The notes: generated from the letters alone by a model not told the origin. 64,000 nt of DNA from a bacterium (GCA_963663405.2 CAXXSM010000089.1:29113-93112), one strand, 5' to 3'. Shown: positions 41,122 through 54,166, counted from the stretch's first letter. Program-made: numbers and translations.

Positions 41122-44100
41122 TCAACGCGTGGAAGGAGCCGTTTTCCGCTGTTGCGTTTCCCGGCAGGGAATACTGATGAGAACGCTGCGCAGAGACGGT
41201 GTTAAACCAGAATAGGACGGCCGGGTGAAACTGATATAATACTGAAAGTATGTTCCCTGGCCTGGAATTTGCAATTGTCCTTTGGCGCCGTCCGCGATCC
41301 TTGCCCAAGGTAGAAATTTCAATTCGCCTGACGGCATTCGAGTAATCCACCGCGCTTTCACGGAAAGACTTGTCCGTTCCGGAATATCGGCTTCCCATTT
41401 AATCTCCGCCTGTCCTTGACCGGATCCTTCCGCGGGGAAATAGGGAGAGAGATAGCCCGCCGAGATGGGAGTGTCCCGTGTAGGGCATTTAAAGCGTATG
41501 TATCCTAAGTTCGTCGCGTACTTGCCGGGAACAGCGTTGAATTCGAGGTTGAATTCGTCGTTTTTAATATCGTAGGTTCCCAGTTTGAAATAGGAATCAG
41601 TCTCGTCAGATTTAGAATGCTTTAAGAGTATAAATTCCGAATCGTTCGGTGTTTTGTACTGAATCGGAGCGGATGTGTTTTGGTCGTGCGCCGGAGAAAA
41701 CAGCTGGGCCCAGACATCGTAGCTTCCATTCGGCGCGGGGATGGACAACTGCAAGATCTGTTCTTCTTTATCCGGTGTGTAAAAAGTGCTGTATTTTGAA
41801 CTCCAATGCCATTTCGTCCCCGTATAACGGGTTGAAAAACAATCCTGATTCTGCACGAAAGTCGGGATGATTCGATGAGTCGCGGTTTCCATGTTTGGAT
41901 GCATGGTATAACTTTTCGAGTTCGGATCGTAGATGAGATATTCCCCTAAACCGGCGGTGAATTCATCTTTTTCCGATACCCGGTAGACGCGGCGGTTGTT
42001 CGCGATGGGAGCGGGGGGCATTTGGAGTTGTACGCACAATCGCCGTTTTTTACTGGCGTTATTGCCCGGTTGGACTCTTTCATCTTTCTCGCCGATGAGA
42101 TCGTATTTGTCCGCATGGATAATGAGTGTGTTTTTCGCGGAGACTAAAGGAATTTCAATACTCGTCTCGTTCCGGCTGTTTTTCTTGACATGATCCAAAA
42201 AGCGGGTCAGTTCGTCGTCGTTATGGAGAAAACTCAAACGGACGTAATCGGCGTCAGAATCTCCTTCATTCCACACACGTCCGCGGAGTTCCATTGGCTG
42301 TCCCCAGACTGGTAATCCACCTTCGGCCGAGATGGATATGTTATGATCGCTCCAAGGATTGACCACCAAATCAGGCAAATCGGCGAACGTGAATGAAAAG
42401 CGGTTGGTGTTGTTCGTCTCATTCAGTTCGAGAATCCGTTGGAATGGATCCGCGACGATATGAATTTGATGGGAGCCTTTACCGTCATATGCGGGTGGAT
42501 CCCATTTGATCTCCACTTCCTGCATTCCACCGGGTTCGAGGTATTTGATCTTCGCTACCCCTTGATCGTTGAACGGCTTGATCCGTTTTTTAAGCGAGGG
42601 ATCACCGTCAAACGCGACAACACTTACATCACGCGCGGGCGCGCCACCCATATTGTACACTGTCGTGCGGAATGTAACGGTTTGACCGAGTACGGGAATT
42701 TCGGGCGTACAGGTCACATCATCTTCCGCTAAGGCCAAATCAGGTTTCTCCAACGCTTCGATCGTAATCGGATAGGTTTTTTCATGATCCTGATACGCCA
42801 TCTGCAGCTGGTATTCAAGAACCTCTGGCCGGGGCGGTTTGATGGAGAAGTCAAACCGCCGCTGCAGTAACGGTTTAAGAGTAATCACGCTGCTTTTTGT
42901 CGCGCTGCCCGGTCCACTAATGGTAGCGGTCACCGACTCGGTTTCTTCCGCGGATAGATTGATAAACGGGATGTTCAAACTGATCGGATGCGCTTCGATC
43001 ACATCGGGGGGTGAAGTCGCCAATAAACCAAGCAATGGCGCGATGGGGATCTCATCCGGCTCCCGGAGTTGGATCACCAACCGGTCTTCATTCTCTGTGG
43101 CGGAAATGCTCTGAAATGGATCGGCTTCGATCCCGGCGTAGGCGAACAGAGCTGATTCGGACGTGGTTCCCGTCCATTCCAGCGTCTGCGCGCTGTGAGC
43201 GGGAAGCGAGGGAATTTCGATATCGTGTATTTCATCCTCGACATACAAATGACAGAGCGCGTTTTCAACGGGAAAAACGGAGTGATTCTCCAGTTTAAAT
43301 GTAATATGGGTTTTTCCATTTTCCTTGGATACAGCGCCGTCAGTCAATTCCAATTCCGGTTGGAATTTGCTCAATGCGGCGCCTCCCCAGCCATCCGTGT
43401 TCTCTTCCGTATTCCATATATAAACACGCGCGTACGCGGTGGCGTGTTCCACCGTGTTGAATGAAAGGGGGAAGGTGTGAGATATCCGTCCTCCTTCATA
43501 CGAAAATGGTTCGCTTTGATAAATGCTGGTTCCTTCAATGGAACAGGAGACTTGAACGAGACCGGAGGGTATGGTCTTAGATTCTGCGTTAAGCGTAAAT
43601 TCTCCATCGCTGTATTCATAGAAAACCGCTGGTTCCACTTGGACAGCAAGATCCTCTTGGGGCAGCGCCAATTTGACCGCCGGATCACCGAAAAGAATAT
43701 ATTGATCCGCCATCTTTTGATACGTTTTCGCTTGGAGATATTCCAATTTCGTATACGACGCCGCCTCGCCTACACGGGTAAGTCCATCATAGAAGAGACT
43801 GCGTGTGATAATGTGACTCATAATGTTGTGATCGTCGGGCGATCCCCGCTCGGTCGGCCCCCAGACCGCGATGGCGCCCCGATCGTGATACCGGATCAAC
43901 TCTTCGGCTAAACAAATCGTAAAGGGATTGAAATTGATGTTTAAATATCCTGTCAAGCAGGACCAATTAAGCACGAGTGGAAATCGCGTATTCGGCTGTA
44001 ACTCAAGAAGATTACTCGTCGCTTTGTCCATGCCATAAAAAATCCGTTCGTCCGACCACAACTGCGCTCCGCCATGTCCGCAGTATTGGGTGATCAATGC

Positions 44101-46577
44101 GCCCCGGTCAAACGCTTTGATAATGGCTAATGCGGTTTCGGGAGAATATTTTTTATTTGTATATTCCTCCCTTATTTCCGGATCGGGATCATTGACAAAA
44201 CCGTGAAAGAGATAGGGATTGGTGACATGCGGAAAGTCCCGTTGATTGATCATCCGGGGTTGTAACTTCGGACCCAAACTCAGATTTGCGCTTTTTACAC
44301 TGTAACGCTCAAAGATATCATCCGCGACAAAGAGAGCTTCGGCTTTCCATGGCCCTACTGGAGTTTCGGTTCTATAGGTGATCAATTTCTTGAGATAGTT
44401 ATCCACGTCCTCCTCGTTGGCAAGAGAAATCCGTCCAACGATTAAATCTGGACAATCATCGGTCTGGTTTTCCCACAGGTATCCATAGTACTCATCCGAC
44501 GCATAGCGCTGTGGATCTTGGATGGGGGCGTATGTGGGAATCTGGTCGACAACACCGGTCTGCTCGTTGTCGCGGTGATCCCAGGAACAATCACCGATCA
44601 GTGTGAGAAATTCAGGTGAAAGCCCTTCCCATTCGGATTGTGTGTATCGAAGAAATCGCCGGATCGCGTCAAAATCGGGATACCCATAATTGAACTCATC
44701 GTAAACATCCCGGACGTCTACTAAAAGAACATTGAATCCATCCGCATTCCGGAGTGTGGCCAATTTCCGGGCTGATTGGATTAGAGTGGGATACGCGATG
44801 ATAACATAATTAAAGCCCTGATCCGTTCGGTGAAGGGTGGAAGGATAATCCAAATCGATGGTTCGGGGGCCGGGTATATCCTCGTCCTGCAGGATTTCGA
44901 TCCGTTCCCATGTCGCGCTGGGCAGACGCATTGTGCTCGTTTGTTCGGGAATTCCTTCCGCGAAAAGGCGCATGATTTGATTCTCATTATGAATCACCCA
45001 TGCGCTCAGCGGTTTCGGCCGATCCGGGGCGGTGAGCGCGAGATTGAACATCGTGTTTGGAATTAGGCTCCGCTCAAGTATGATCGGATCATTTTCGAAC
45101 GTGGCGCCGCGGGGGTAGTTGACTTCCATACGGTCGAAAAAGAGATGTGGCACATTCCCGACTTTTTCACTGGCTGTTCTTTCTTTCAAACTCAAATGCC
45201 GTGGAGGTTGATCGAGCCGGATAATCAATTCCGGGGATGCGAGCGCCTGCGACGCGGAAGCGACAATGACAGTTGTCGTCGCTGAATTGACTGTAATCGT
45301 GATGTGCTCCGTGCAGCTGCCAACAATCGAAGTAAATCCACAATCCACCCCGGTTCGATTCAGGATCTCAAGAGAGATGGCGATGGTTCCATCCTGTATC
45401 AGTCCGGGCAATTCCAAAGGAATGACGGTCTCTTGTTTTTCGATATCTTTCCAATACCAGCCGTATAGATTCCGGCTTTTCGAAACGAGAACTGTATCGT
45501 CATCTGCGATCGTTTGGGCGCGAAACGTGGGGATGCCCTTCACCTGCCACTCCATTGGTTTTTCTTCGATTCGAAGGGGGGGGGGGTATCGAGGGGGAAC
45601 CATGTGAGATAATAGATCCTATCTTTTGAGAAATCGGAGTCCGATTCTTTCCCCATAAAATAGAGCGCGTCACCGTTTCCGAAGACACCGTCGCCGTTAT
45701 CTTTCACAAACAGAGGTTTTTCTTTTCCCCGATCCCAAATGCGCGCTTGGTTCATATCCAGTGAACTGGGATTGATTTTCTGTTCGACAAGGTCTTGTGC
45801 GCGGATGGCCGTGATTCCCTCTCTTCGGACACGGACAATCGCCGCGTCTTTCCGGTGGATCACAGGGCCCTGAGCGTAATTAATAATCTTATCCTCTTCT
45901 TTGAAGCCGGATACCTGGGGATGGAAACCTTTTTCCGCTTCGGTTTCGGGCAGGGTTCGTTTTCGGCGGAACGTCTGCGCCTGGTCCGAATTGATGACGA
46001 GGCTCCGGTACATGCGGGAAAAACCGGCGTCGAGGGAAGAGACCTCGTTCGCTTTTTTCGCATTCCCGCCGTCCCATTCCACAGCAAACTCGAGCATCGA
46101 GAGGAGAGTTCTTTTTTTCTCGGCAGTACGGGTCGCGTCTTTCACCGAGACATCTTTCGAAGGAAGGACTTGGAAGCGGATCACATCCAATTCCTGCACG
46201 GCGAGTTTCTTGGTTAAAATATGGGATTCCAAATCCGATTGCGCGGCTGTTATTTCTTCTGAACTCGACTGGATAGAGCCTGTATGATGTTCGAGAGTTT
46301 CCGTTCTATCCGTCACTTCATAGTCCCACGAACGAAGCGTATAGGTATAGTCCGCTCCGGTGGGAATTCCTACGTAGATATAATCTTTCTCTGTGATAAA
46401 TGACTGTTCGGTGTGATTATAACGGATTACAGCGTGGCTGGAATCGGATTCGATCAATTGAAATTTGGGATGATGAGAGGGTGTGTATTCAGGATAATAT
46501 CGCTCCGAGTATACACAATGAGAAAATCCCAGAATCAATCCACAAAGATACCCCATACAAAGACTGAATTTTTTCAT
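41122..46577 (-). CDS. Secreted C25 (gingipain-like) cysteine peptidase with CARDB domains, about 1800 aa; frameshift at the G tract 45576-45586
   Basis: Signal peptide; DVYDEFNYG, LIGD, VGRI, catalytic GHG and SC, LFGDP; PDL...DPFQRILELNETNN CARDB. Confidence 0.88.
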
Positions 46578-46633
46578 GCCTCGTTACCTCAACAGTGAAA
46601 TATGGTACTGGGGTGGGAAAAGAAAGAGGACTT

Positions 46634-47680
46634 TTAGAGGGAAAGAAGCCCCATTTCTTCTGGAAATCCCACAATCAAATTCATGTTTTGAACGGCTTGT
46701 CCTGCGGCCCCCTTTTTCAAATTGTCTTCCGCGGTAACGAGGATGATTTCACCCGTGGATTGGTCTTGGTGCAGCGAGATATCGACAAAATTCGTATCCT
46801 GAACGGCTTGAAGGTTTGGCGCTTCTCCTAATGGGTATAAGCGGATAAACGTTTCGGCCCCGTAAATGTCACGATACACATTCCAAATGTCTTCCAAAGA
46901 CACATCACGCGCTTTCGCGCAAAAGATCGTCGAGAGAATCCCCCGCCGGATCGGCAGCACGTGAGGAACGAACGACGCTGATACATTAATCCCCGTCGCG
47001 CGTGAAAGCACCAACGTGATTTCCGGCTGATGCTGGTGACTGCCGACACGGTACGCGAAGAAATTTTCCGTCATCTCGGTGTGGTGGAAAAGGATTTTCG
47101 CGTTCTTCCCCGCGCCGGACGCGCCGGACGCGGCGCTGATATGGATGCCTGACGGTTTCAGCATACCGCTTTTTAGACCTGGATACAGGCCGAGAATCGA
47201 GCCGGTTGGATAACAACCCGGATTGGCGATCAACCGCGCGGGTTTGATCTGATCCCGGAACAGTTCCGGCAGCCCATAAACGGCTTCCGCGCAGAGATCG
47301 GGGGAAGCGTGGGTGGTTCCATACCAACGATCCCGCTCAGCTGGATCGGGGAAGCGGTAATCCGCCGATAGATCGATCACTTTGCATCCTGTCTCAAGAT
47401 ACGCCGGAGCGAGTTTCATGGAGACATTATGGGGTGTGCTGAGAAAGACCACATCGGCCCCACACCGGTCGCATTCCGTCTCTTCGCTGACGGGCATATC
47501 CGTAATCCCCCGCAGCCAGGACCAATGTTTATACAGTGGCTCGGACGGCGCCGCCAATCCAGCCGCTGTCACGGACACGATCTCCACACGGGGATGATCA
47601 TGGAGAATCCGAAAGAGTTCTCCCCCCGTATATCCTGTGCCCCCAACAATCTTCACACGGCATTTTTCTGAATCATTCAT
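46634..47680 (-). CDS. argC: N-acetyl-gamma-glutamyl-phosphate reductase
   Basis: GGTGYTG, IDLSADYR, YGLPE, ANPGCYPT, SGASGAG, DNLKKGAAGQAVQNMN. Confidence 0.96.
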   Translation of the reverse strand: MNDSEKCRVKIVGGTGYTGGELFRILHDHPRVEIVSVTAAGLAAPSEPLYKHWSWLRGITDMPVSEETECDRCGADVVFLSTPHNVSMKLAPAYLETGCKVIDLSADYRFPDPAERDRWYGTTHASPDLCAEAVYGLPELFRDQIKPARLIANPGCYPTGSILGLYPGLKSGMLKPSGIHISAASGASGAGKNAKILFHHTEMTENFFAYRVGSHQHQPEITLVLSRATGINVSASFVPHVLPIRRGILSTIFCAKARDVSLEDIWNVYRDIYGAETFIRLYPLGEAPNLQAVQDTNFVDISLHQDQSTGEIILVTAEDNLKKGAAGQAVQNMNLIVGFPEEMGLLSL

Positions 47681-47713
47681 CACGTTCACCAATTCTATAA
47701 GCATAGAACAATT

Positions 47714-47741
47714 AGTATATACGGGAATGTTTTTTTGTCAA
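47714..47741 (-). promoter_or_regulatory. Sigma70-like promoter for argC
   Basis: TTGACA-16bp-TATACT on the minus strand. Confidence 0.6.
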
Positions 47742-47829
47742 AATCGATGAAGATTGTTGAGAGAAAAAACGGGAGGGATATGATCGATTGGAGAAAGAAG
47801 ATCGATAGAGTATAAGAAGTCCACAGATT

Positions 47830-48183
47830 TTATTCTTTTCCCTTTTCAATAACTTGTCGAAGTTTTGGAACAAGGGAAGGAAGTTCGTCTTGGATGACTC
47901 GCCAAATAATATCACAATCAACACGATCATATTCGTGCGCTAAAACATTGCGCAATCCCCGCATTTCCGCCCAAGGGGATTTCTGAAAAAGATGAGATCA
48001 CAACCTCAGGAATATGGCGCGCCGCTTCACCAATGACAAGTAGATTCATCTGCACAGCGTCAACGATGATCCAGTTATTTTCAAACGCTTCGCAGGAAAG
48101 TCCAGCCGTACACGATTGAATTTTCTCAATCGCCTGCAGGATATGCTGAATGCGGAATTTCCATTTGCGTGTTTAGAACACAT
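47830..48183 (-). CDS. HepT/DUF86 HEPN RNase toxin (indels; not in ORF track)
   Basis: Manual translation: HILQAIEKI...DAVQMNLLVIGEAARHIP...W..MRGLRNVLAHEYDRVD..IIW; RX4H motif RNVLAH. Confidence 0.85.
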
Positions 48184-48466
48184 TAACCGCCTCAGAAAGG
48201 ATATCCTCTTTGAGTTCATCAATGAGAGCATTACGGGAGACAAGATCAACGGGGCGGCCTAACAGTTTTTCAAGACGCAAGCGAACCTTGGAAAAATGAA
48301 GAAGTCCGATCGGACGGTTGAATTCCACTAACAAATCAATATCGCTCTCTTTACCCGCGCCGCCTCGGGACAGTGGGAGCCGAAAACCGCTAAAGAATGA
48401 ATTCCCAGTTCATTCAATTCATCATGATGTCGACTTAAAATTCTATCGGATGGATTGTTGGTCCAT
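48173..48466 (-). CDS. MntA-like minimal nucleotidyltransferase antitoxin (indels)
   Basis: LAVFGS...RG...ESDIDLLVEF...LGRPVDLV...ILSEAVNVF*. Confidence 0.85.
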
Positions 48467-48476
48467 TTTAATACTC

Positions 48477-48728
48477 ATTTTCTACGGATATTAGTCCCAG
48501 CAAGAATCGAAATGGGGGAATCGGAAGCCCCTTTCAAATACTAAGCAGAATCCAACCTTCCAAAACGTCTTTCAAATTCGCCCGGCATTCTTCCAACGTT
48601 CTTCCTGACGCCCAGACACCTTGGAGATCCGCAATCTCACCATAATATGGTTCGTCATCATCGATCAGATCATACTTGGCGCGATTTAACGCTTCCTGGA
48701 TCTGAGCTGAGATGTATTCCGAAATCAT
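48477..48728 (-). CDS. Short HicB-family protein
   Basis: YYGEIADLQGVWASGRTLEECRANLKDVLEGW; 3' end frameshifted (..GLPIPP). Confidence 0.8.
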
Positions 48729-48812
48729 GTCTTTTCTCTTAGGCAAGCAGGATGAATCTTCATTTAGCAGTATACAACCGTCATGGATTGATAGAAAGTA
48801 AATTCTACCGCA

Positions 48813-49875
48813 TTACCGAATCAACCGTTTCGCAAAAAGAAATCGCTCTCCATAATCCTCTGGACGTTCCACGGTGATGACCGAGACGCCGTTGTCTCCG
48901 GCGTGGATGTATTGATCGGGGCCGAGGGACATGGCGACGTGCGTGATTCCACCATACTTTCCGGAGAAGAAAAGCAGGTCGCCGGGTTCCAGCGCCTGGG
49001 TGACGCCGGGAATGGCGCTGATCCGGCCCATTAGGCATTGCTGGTTTGCGTCGGCGGGGAAGGTAAATTCCAATATTCCGGTACGCGCGGCCGGTTAATC
49101 CTGAACAATCAATTCCCTTGCTTGAAACACCGCCCCACACATACTTGGTTCCATTGAGCGAAGTCGCCATCGAGCAGAGCGCTTTTGCGCTGATGATTCA
49201 TTTGCCGGGTAACATGAATGGCGCCCATTTCCGGCTTCTGGATGGTTTCGTTCGTAGGCAAAAGAACTTTCGTTGGAAGAGAGCAGGGGCAGTTCCGCGC
49301 CCGGTGGGATGGTAATCCCATTCATTTTTATCTCACTCACAAAAACCAGCCGGTCCTGCTTCATCCATTGAATCCATTCCGCGGTGTTCAGTGTCCGGAA
49401 TGTATCGTTGGGGGACCCAGCCGATATAGCCGTTTGGGACTTGAACGAGTGAGTGGGTTCTCCCCACGCCGGAGGATAACGAGCGAATCTCCATAGAGGT
49501 TTGTATCTAAACATTCTCCTTCCGGCGCGGTGGCGTAGAGGGGGCATTCTTCACACGTGACCAAGCCAAAAATCTGATCGCCCAGCTGGGGATCCGGAAG
49601 CGTAGCCACCCGGCTGGTATCACACTCAGTTCCTAAATTTTCACTGGCTTTCTTTTAACGCAAGGAGCGTGTTCGGTGAAGAGACGTATCCTTTCTACCG
49701 CGAATGATTCCCCTTCAGATGGCGTAACATCCCACACTTGAACGCGCACATCCGGGACGGACGTGTAACCGATGAATTTACATAAACGGCGCCGTTCTTC
49801 AATCGTATTCAAACTATTAACTGGCAAATCGCGAAGAACGCTGTCAATCGAACGCCGGGAAAGAAGTCGTGTCAC
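48813..49875 (-). CDS. NlpC/P60 (C40) peptidase with SH3-like N-domain, many indels
   Basis: YVWGGVSSKGIDCSGL, DANQQ, PGDLLFF, ITHVAM, YIHA; GGAGG RBS before GTG 49875. Confidence 0.8.
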
Positions 49876-49998
49876 TATAAACCTCCATAGATTAGGTGTT
49901 TAGGTTGAAGGCTGAAGACTGAAAGGTTTTATTTTGCGGCCTGCGGCCTTAAATGATTTAATACGCTTCAGTGTTAGCCTATTTCAAAATGATTTCCT

Positions 49999-51052
49999 CT
50001 ATACAATCAACATCGCGTCTCCGTAGGAATAAAACCGGAAGCGATTTTGTATGGCGAATCTATACGCGTTTTTCCCGCAATTCGTTCCCCATGAAGGCTG
50101 AAACGAGAAGCACTAACGATGACCGGGGGAGATGAAAATTGGTCAACAAGGCGTCGACGGCTTTGAAAGTGTATCCAGGATAAATATATAGGTCCGTCTT
50201 GCCTTCCCCCGGTTTGATGATATTGTTCTCTTTCACGGCGGATTCCAAAACACGGACCGCGGTTGTGCCCACCGCGATGATCCGCCGCCCCTCTTTCCGC
50301 GCGGTTTGAATTTTTACCGCTGACTCTTCCGAAATAACATAGGTCTCCGAGTGCATTGCATGGTCTTCCACACGCTCGACGCGCAGAGGGAGAAACGTAT
50401 CAATCCCGATCCGCAACGTAACGGGACAGATTTCAGCTCCCCGGTTTTTCACCGTTTCAAGGAGAATGCGGCGTTGAAATGCAGTCCCGCTGTCGGCGCG
50501 GCGGCGGAATTCATGCTTCGTTGATCCCGCGCGAACACCGTCTGATAACGGTCTTTATCCAGCGATTTGTTTTCCCCGTTCTTCCTCGCAATATAGGGAG
50601 GGGAGGGGAATCTGTCCATGCTGGTCCAGCGCGCTTTGCCACGATCCTTCATAAAGAAAGCGGACGATAAACCGCCCGCCATCCAATAGAATGTACTACC
50701 TCGCAATGGAGCGCATCCGAGAAACAAATCCGCGTTCCTTCTTTCAGCCGCGCCGCGCGATACGCGAGAACCTCCCATTCTTCTCCGGCGCCCGCTTCAA
50801 GTAGAAGAATTTCGATCGCGGCGCCGCCGGATTCTTTGATTCCATGAAGGCGGGGCTGGGATTACGCAGGTGTCGTTCACGACGATGACATCGCCGGGTT
50901 GTATAGAATGGACGATCTCGTGAAACACGGTTTCGCGCAGTGTTTCCGTTGCGCGGTCCACGACTAGAAGACGGGATTTGATCCCGCTCGGACGAAGGAA
51001 CTTGAGCGATCAGTTCCTGGGGTAATTCATAATCAAACAAAGAAAGATCCAT
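49999..51052 (-). CDS. queA: S-adenosylmethionine:tRNA ribosyltransferase-isomerase, many indels
   Basis: [65 protein letters not shown]. Confidence 0.93.
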
Positions 51053-51064
51053 AGACTATTCAGT

Positions 51065-51287
51065 TTATCGCCAACCACCGAAAATGTTGAGAATCAATGT
51101 GATTAAGATGGATAGAAGGATACAAGTGACGAGGGGAAAATAAACCCGCGTGTTCTTACCTTCGTAATAGAAATCCCCCGGCAGTTTTGCCCAGGAACGG
51201 AATATGTGGCGCCAGAAGGAAGGCCAATCCCAGGAGAATAAAGACACCGCCTAAGACGATGAAAAACTTGCCTAGTGTTGGAACCAC
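51065..51287 (-). CDS. DUF2905 family small membrane protein (one indel)
   Basis: LGK/LPGDF...RVYFPLVTCILLS; commonly found upstream of queA. Confidence 0.85.
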
Positions 51288-51402
51288 GATTTCAATTCCT
51301 TCCTTTCTATTTCCCACTATTATTGTGGAAATACTAAAAAGATGTATTATAACATCGTATAGTGCTAATGTTTTGTCGATTCCCAATTCGGGAGGGTCGT
51401 TC

Positions 51403-51850
51403 ATGATTCATACGGAAAATAGGAGATTTGGTATTATTGAAGTTGGCAGGCTTGGTCGGGTATGAAGATACGGAGAAGTTGAAGTTGAAAATGATCGGCC
51501 TGATCGATCAAGGAAAAGTCTACATTGTGTTGGATGTATCGGGAGTCGATCAGCTGATTAGCAGCACATTGGGCGTGTTATTCGCTACTTTAAAAGAATT
51601 GAAGACAAAAAACGGAAAAATCGCCATCATGGGTCCGAATCCAAATTTGCGCAAAACACTGCGCGATTGGAAAATGGATCAGTTCATCCCCGTCTTTGAA
51701 ACGATGGAAGAAGCGGCAGGAGTATCTGCAACATTAAATCTCAGCGGAACACTTCTTCGCAGCATGCGCCGCGTTCTTTTTATAGAAACGAGCCGTTATC
51801 TTATTACGCTGTTTGAACAATCCGTTGGTTTGTGGAATGACAGCGCGGCT
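51403..51850 (+). CDS. STAS-domain anti-sigma-factor antagonist (ends uncertain)
   Basis: IVLDVSGVDQLISSTLGVL...GKIAI...FIPVFETMEEA. Confidence 0.75.
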
Positions 51851-51860
51851 AGAGGAACTT

Positions 51861-52530
51861 ATGAAATCACTCAAATTGAATCATTGGACACGCCGGGATT
51901 GGCTGCAGACAGCGCCTGGTTTGGTACTGACATCATTAGGTATATCCTGCGGCGGCGCATCGCTGTCGCTGGATCAAAATGTGCGTTCGAAGGTGAAAAA
52001 AAAATATCACTGGGCGCGCCGGGAGGAATGGACCGGTGAGGAAGCTGTAGTTGGTGTAACACAGAGCGTTGACCCGTTACTTGATGGGTTTATAATAGAG
52101 AAGGCTTGGGCTGGACATTTCCCATGCAAATCGTTGATCCACAAATCCACGGCGCCAAAACACAAGGGAACAAAGACCTTTTACACGCCGCGACAGAGAC
52201 CGTTTACGAGCAGACGCTGCTTAGCGTGATCCCCAGTGAATGTGTGTTGATGGCGGTATGGCTATGTCTTTGACGATTTGAATAAAACGAACGCTATTGG
52301 TTCACTGGTTCAACATTATTATTTTAGGGGATCATCTGACTAAGCCACATGCCAATTTGAGCAATACCAGCGAAGCCAAATGGATCGCCTTGGACGATCC
52401 AAAACTGGGGAGGGGTATTGCGTATGCGGTTACAAGAGTTTACTGACGCAGGCGAAGGGAATTCCATCATCATGGAAGCCAGCCGCGTTTTAAATCCGGA
52501 AACGAAGGTTCGAAAACTAGAATTCCATTG
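51861..52530 (+). CDS. Putative Tat lipoprotein with degenerate Nudix-like segment (indels; end uncertain)
   Basis: AGAGGA RBS; TRRDWL...LGISC; later frames give WTFP...LLHAATETVYEQTLL and EAKWIALDD. Confidence 0.45.
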
Positions 52531-52740
52531 ATTCCATCGAAGAGGTGATTATGGAAAAACAAGAAAACAAAGTTTTGGAAAGGGCCGTCAATGAGCGTAC
52601 CCCATTGGAAGAGCGGGAGGAATCTCCTTACGAGATGTATGGTTGGGAGTTCCACAAACGGGCCGTTGATGTACGCTTTGATTCTCACCATTCTCTTTTA
52701 CGCGTTTATTTTCTTCTACATCAATATCTAGGATATAACA

Positions 52741-54166
52741 ATGGATCGAAGACAATTTGCCAGCGCGGCGATCGGTCTCACGTCCGGTATCGGAATTCTA
52801 TCCGCAGGAGCGGTTGATCTACAAAAAACCGGCGTGAAGGGCGATGGAACCACGGACGACACCGCCGCCATCCAACGGGCTGTTGATTCCACGCAGGGCG
52901 CGCTGTTTTTCCCAAAAGGCGTTTACCGGATCAGCCGGACCATAACGATCGATCTCGCCAAAACCGGATACAAATCCTTACTCGGTGATGGTACGGCGCG
53001 GATCGAAATGGCCGGCCCTGGTCCCGCGTTTCATTTTCTCGGTTCGCACGAACGCACCGCCAATCCCATCAGTTTCGATGATGGCGTATGGAACCAGGAA
53101 CGAATGCCCCTCATCAGCGGTCTGGGAAATCCGTGGGGAACATCCCGAATCGGCCGGGATTTTGTCTGCAAAAAACAATGCAGGCGATTCTGACCGGTGT
53201 AATGATCCGAAGGTGTAAAAACCGCCGTTCATCTCGTGGAACGGAACCGGAATCTCCTCATTGATCACTGCCAGATCTATAACAACCACGAAACGGGAAT
53301 TCTCTTCGACCATGTCGACCTCCATCAAGCGATTGTGTCCAATTCCCATATCAGCTACAACGCCGCAGCCGGGATTTGGTTGAATGGTGGATCGATGCGC
53401 AACTTCCAGTTCGTGGGAAACGATATCGAATACAACCATGATCCGGGCCGCGATGGCTGCGCGGATATCTTTATCGACATGCGCAATAATGGCGATTCCT
53501 TCCGGGAAGGAACGATCGTAGGGAACACGATTCAAGCTGATCTCACCCCCCGGCGGCGCGAATATCCGGATTCTCGGTGGCGCCGGACTGCGCACGGCGG
53601 GTTTAATGGCGATCACGGGCAACCTGATCGGCAGCCAGACGGATAACATCCACCTCGCCGATTGCCGGGGAGTGACCATCAGCGGCAATTCAATCTACAG
53701 CGCCGGGGATCATACGATTCTGCTGGAGCGGTGCGCCAACATGGTGATTGGCTCAAACGTCAGCGATTGGAATCCCGATCATAACCAGAAACAGACAATC
53801 GATGGAATCACAATCCGGGATTGTGATGGAGTCAATCTTTCCGATACAATCATCGAAAATAGTTTTCATGGCTCCAAAGAATCTGGTGGAACTATAGAAA
53901 TTGAGCGAAGCCGTGACGTTACGGTCAGCCACTGCCAGGTTCTCGATCCCCGCTACCGGGGAATCACAATCACCGATTCCAAACGCTGCAAAGTGATGGG
54001 CTGCACGGCGATTGACCGGCGCACACCCCCTGCCGCGGCCGCTTCCATTCAAGTAACCGGAAAAAGCAGCGATAACCTGGTCAGTGGAAACACTGTCAAT
54101 AAAAACTCCCTCGCGATCGGCGATGGCTCCGCCCGTGTGGAAGGAACGATGGAAATCGAGATTTAA
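52741..54166 (+). CDS. Tat-exported pectate-lyase-like beta-helix protein (three ORFs joined across indels)
   Basis: MDRRQF; GVKGDGTTDDTAAIQRA; FFPKGVY; ITGNLI/ISGNSI rungs. Confidence 0.85.

Noticed and set aside
52545-52817. 90-aa ORF overlapping the beta-helix gene
   Set aside because: A good RBS at ATG 52551 hints at a small gene, but it has no recognisable motif and the end is unreliable in an indel-rich zone
47830-53700. Apparent pseudogene cluster
   Set aside because: Unrelated genes including queA show single-base indels with intact motifs, typical of a low-coverage consensus; needs polishing to settle
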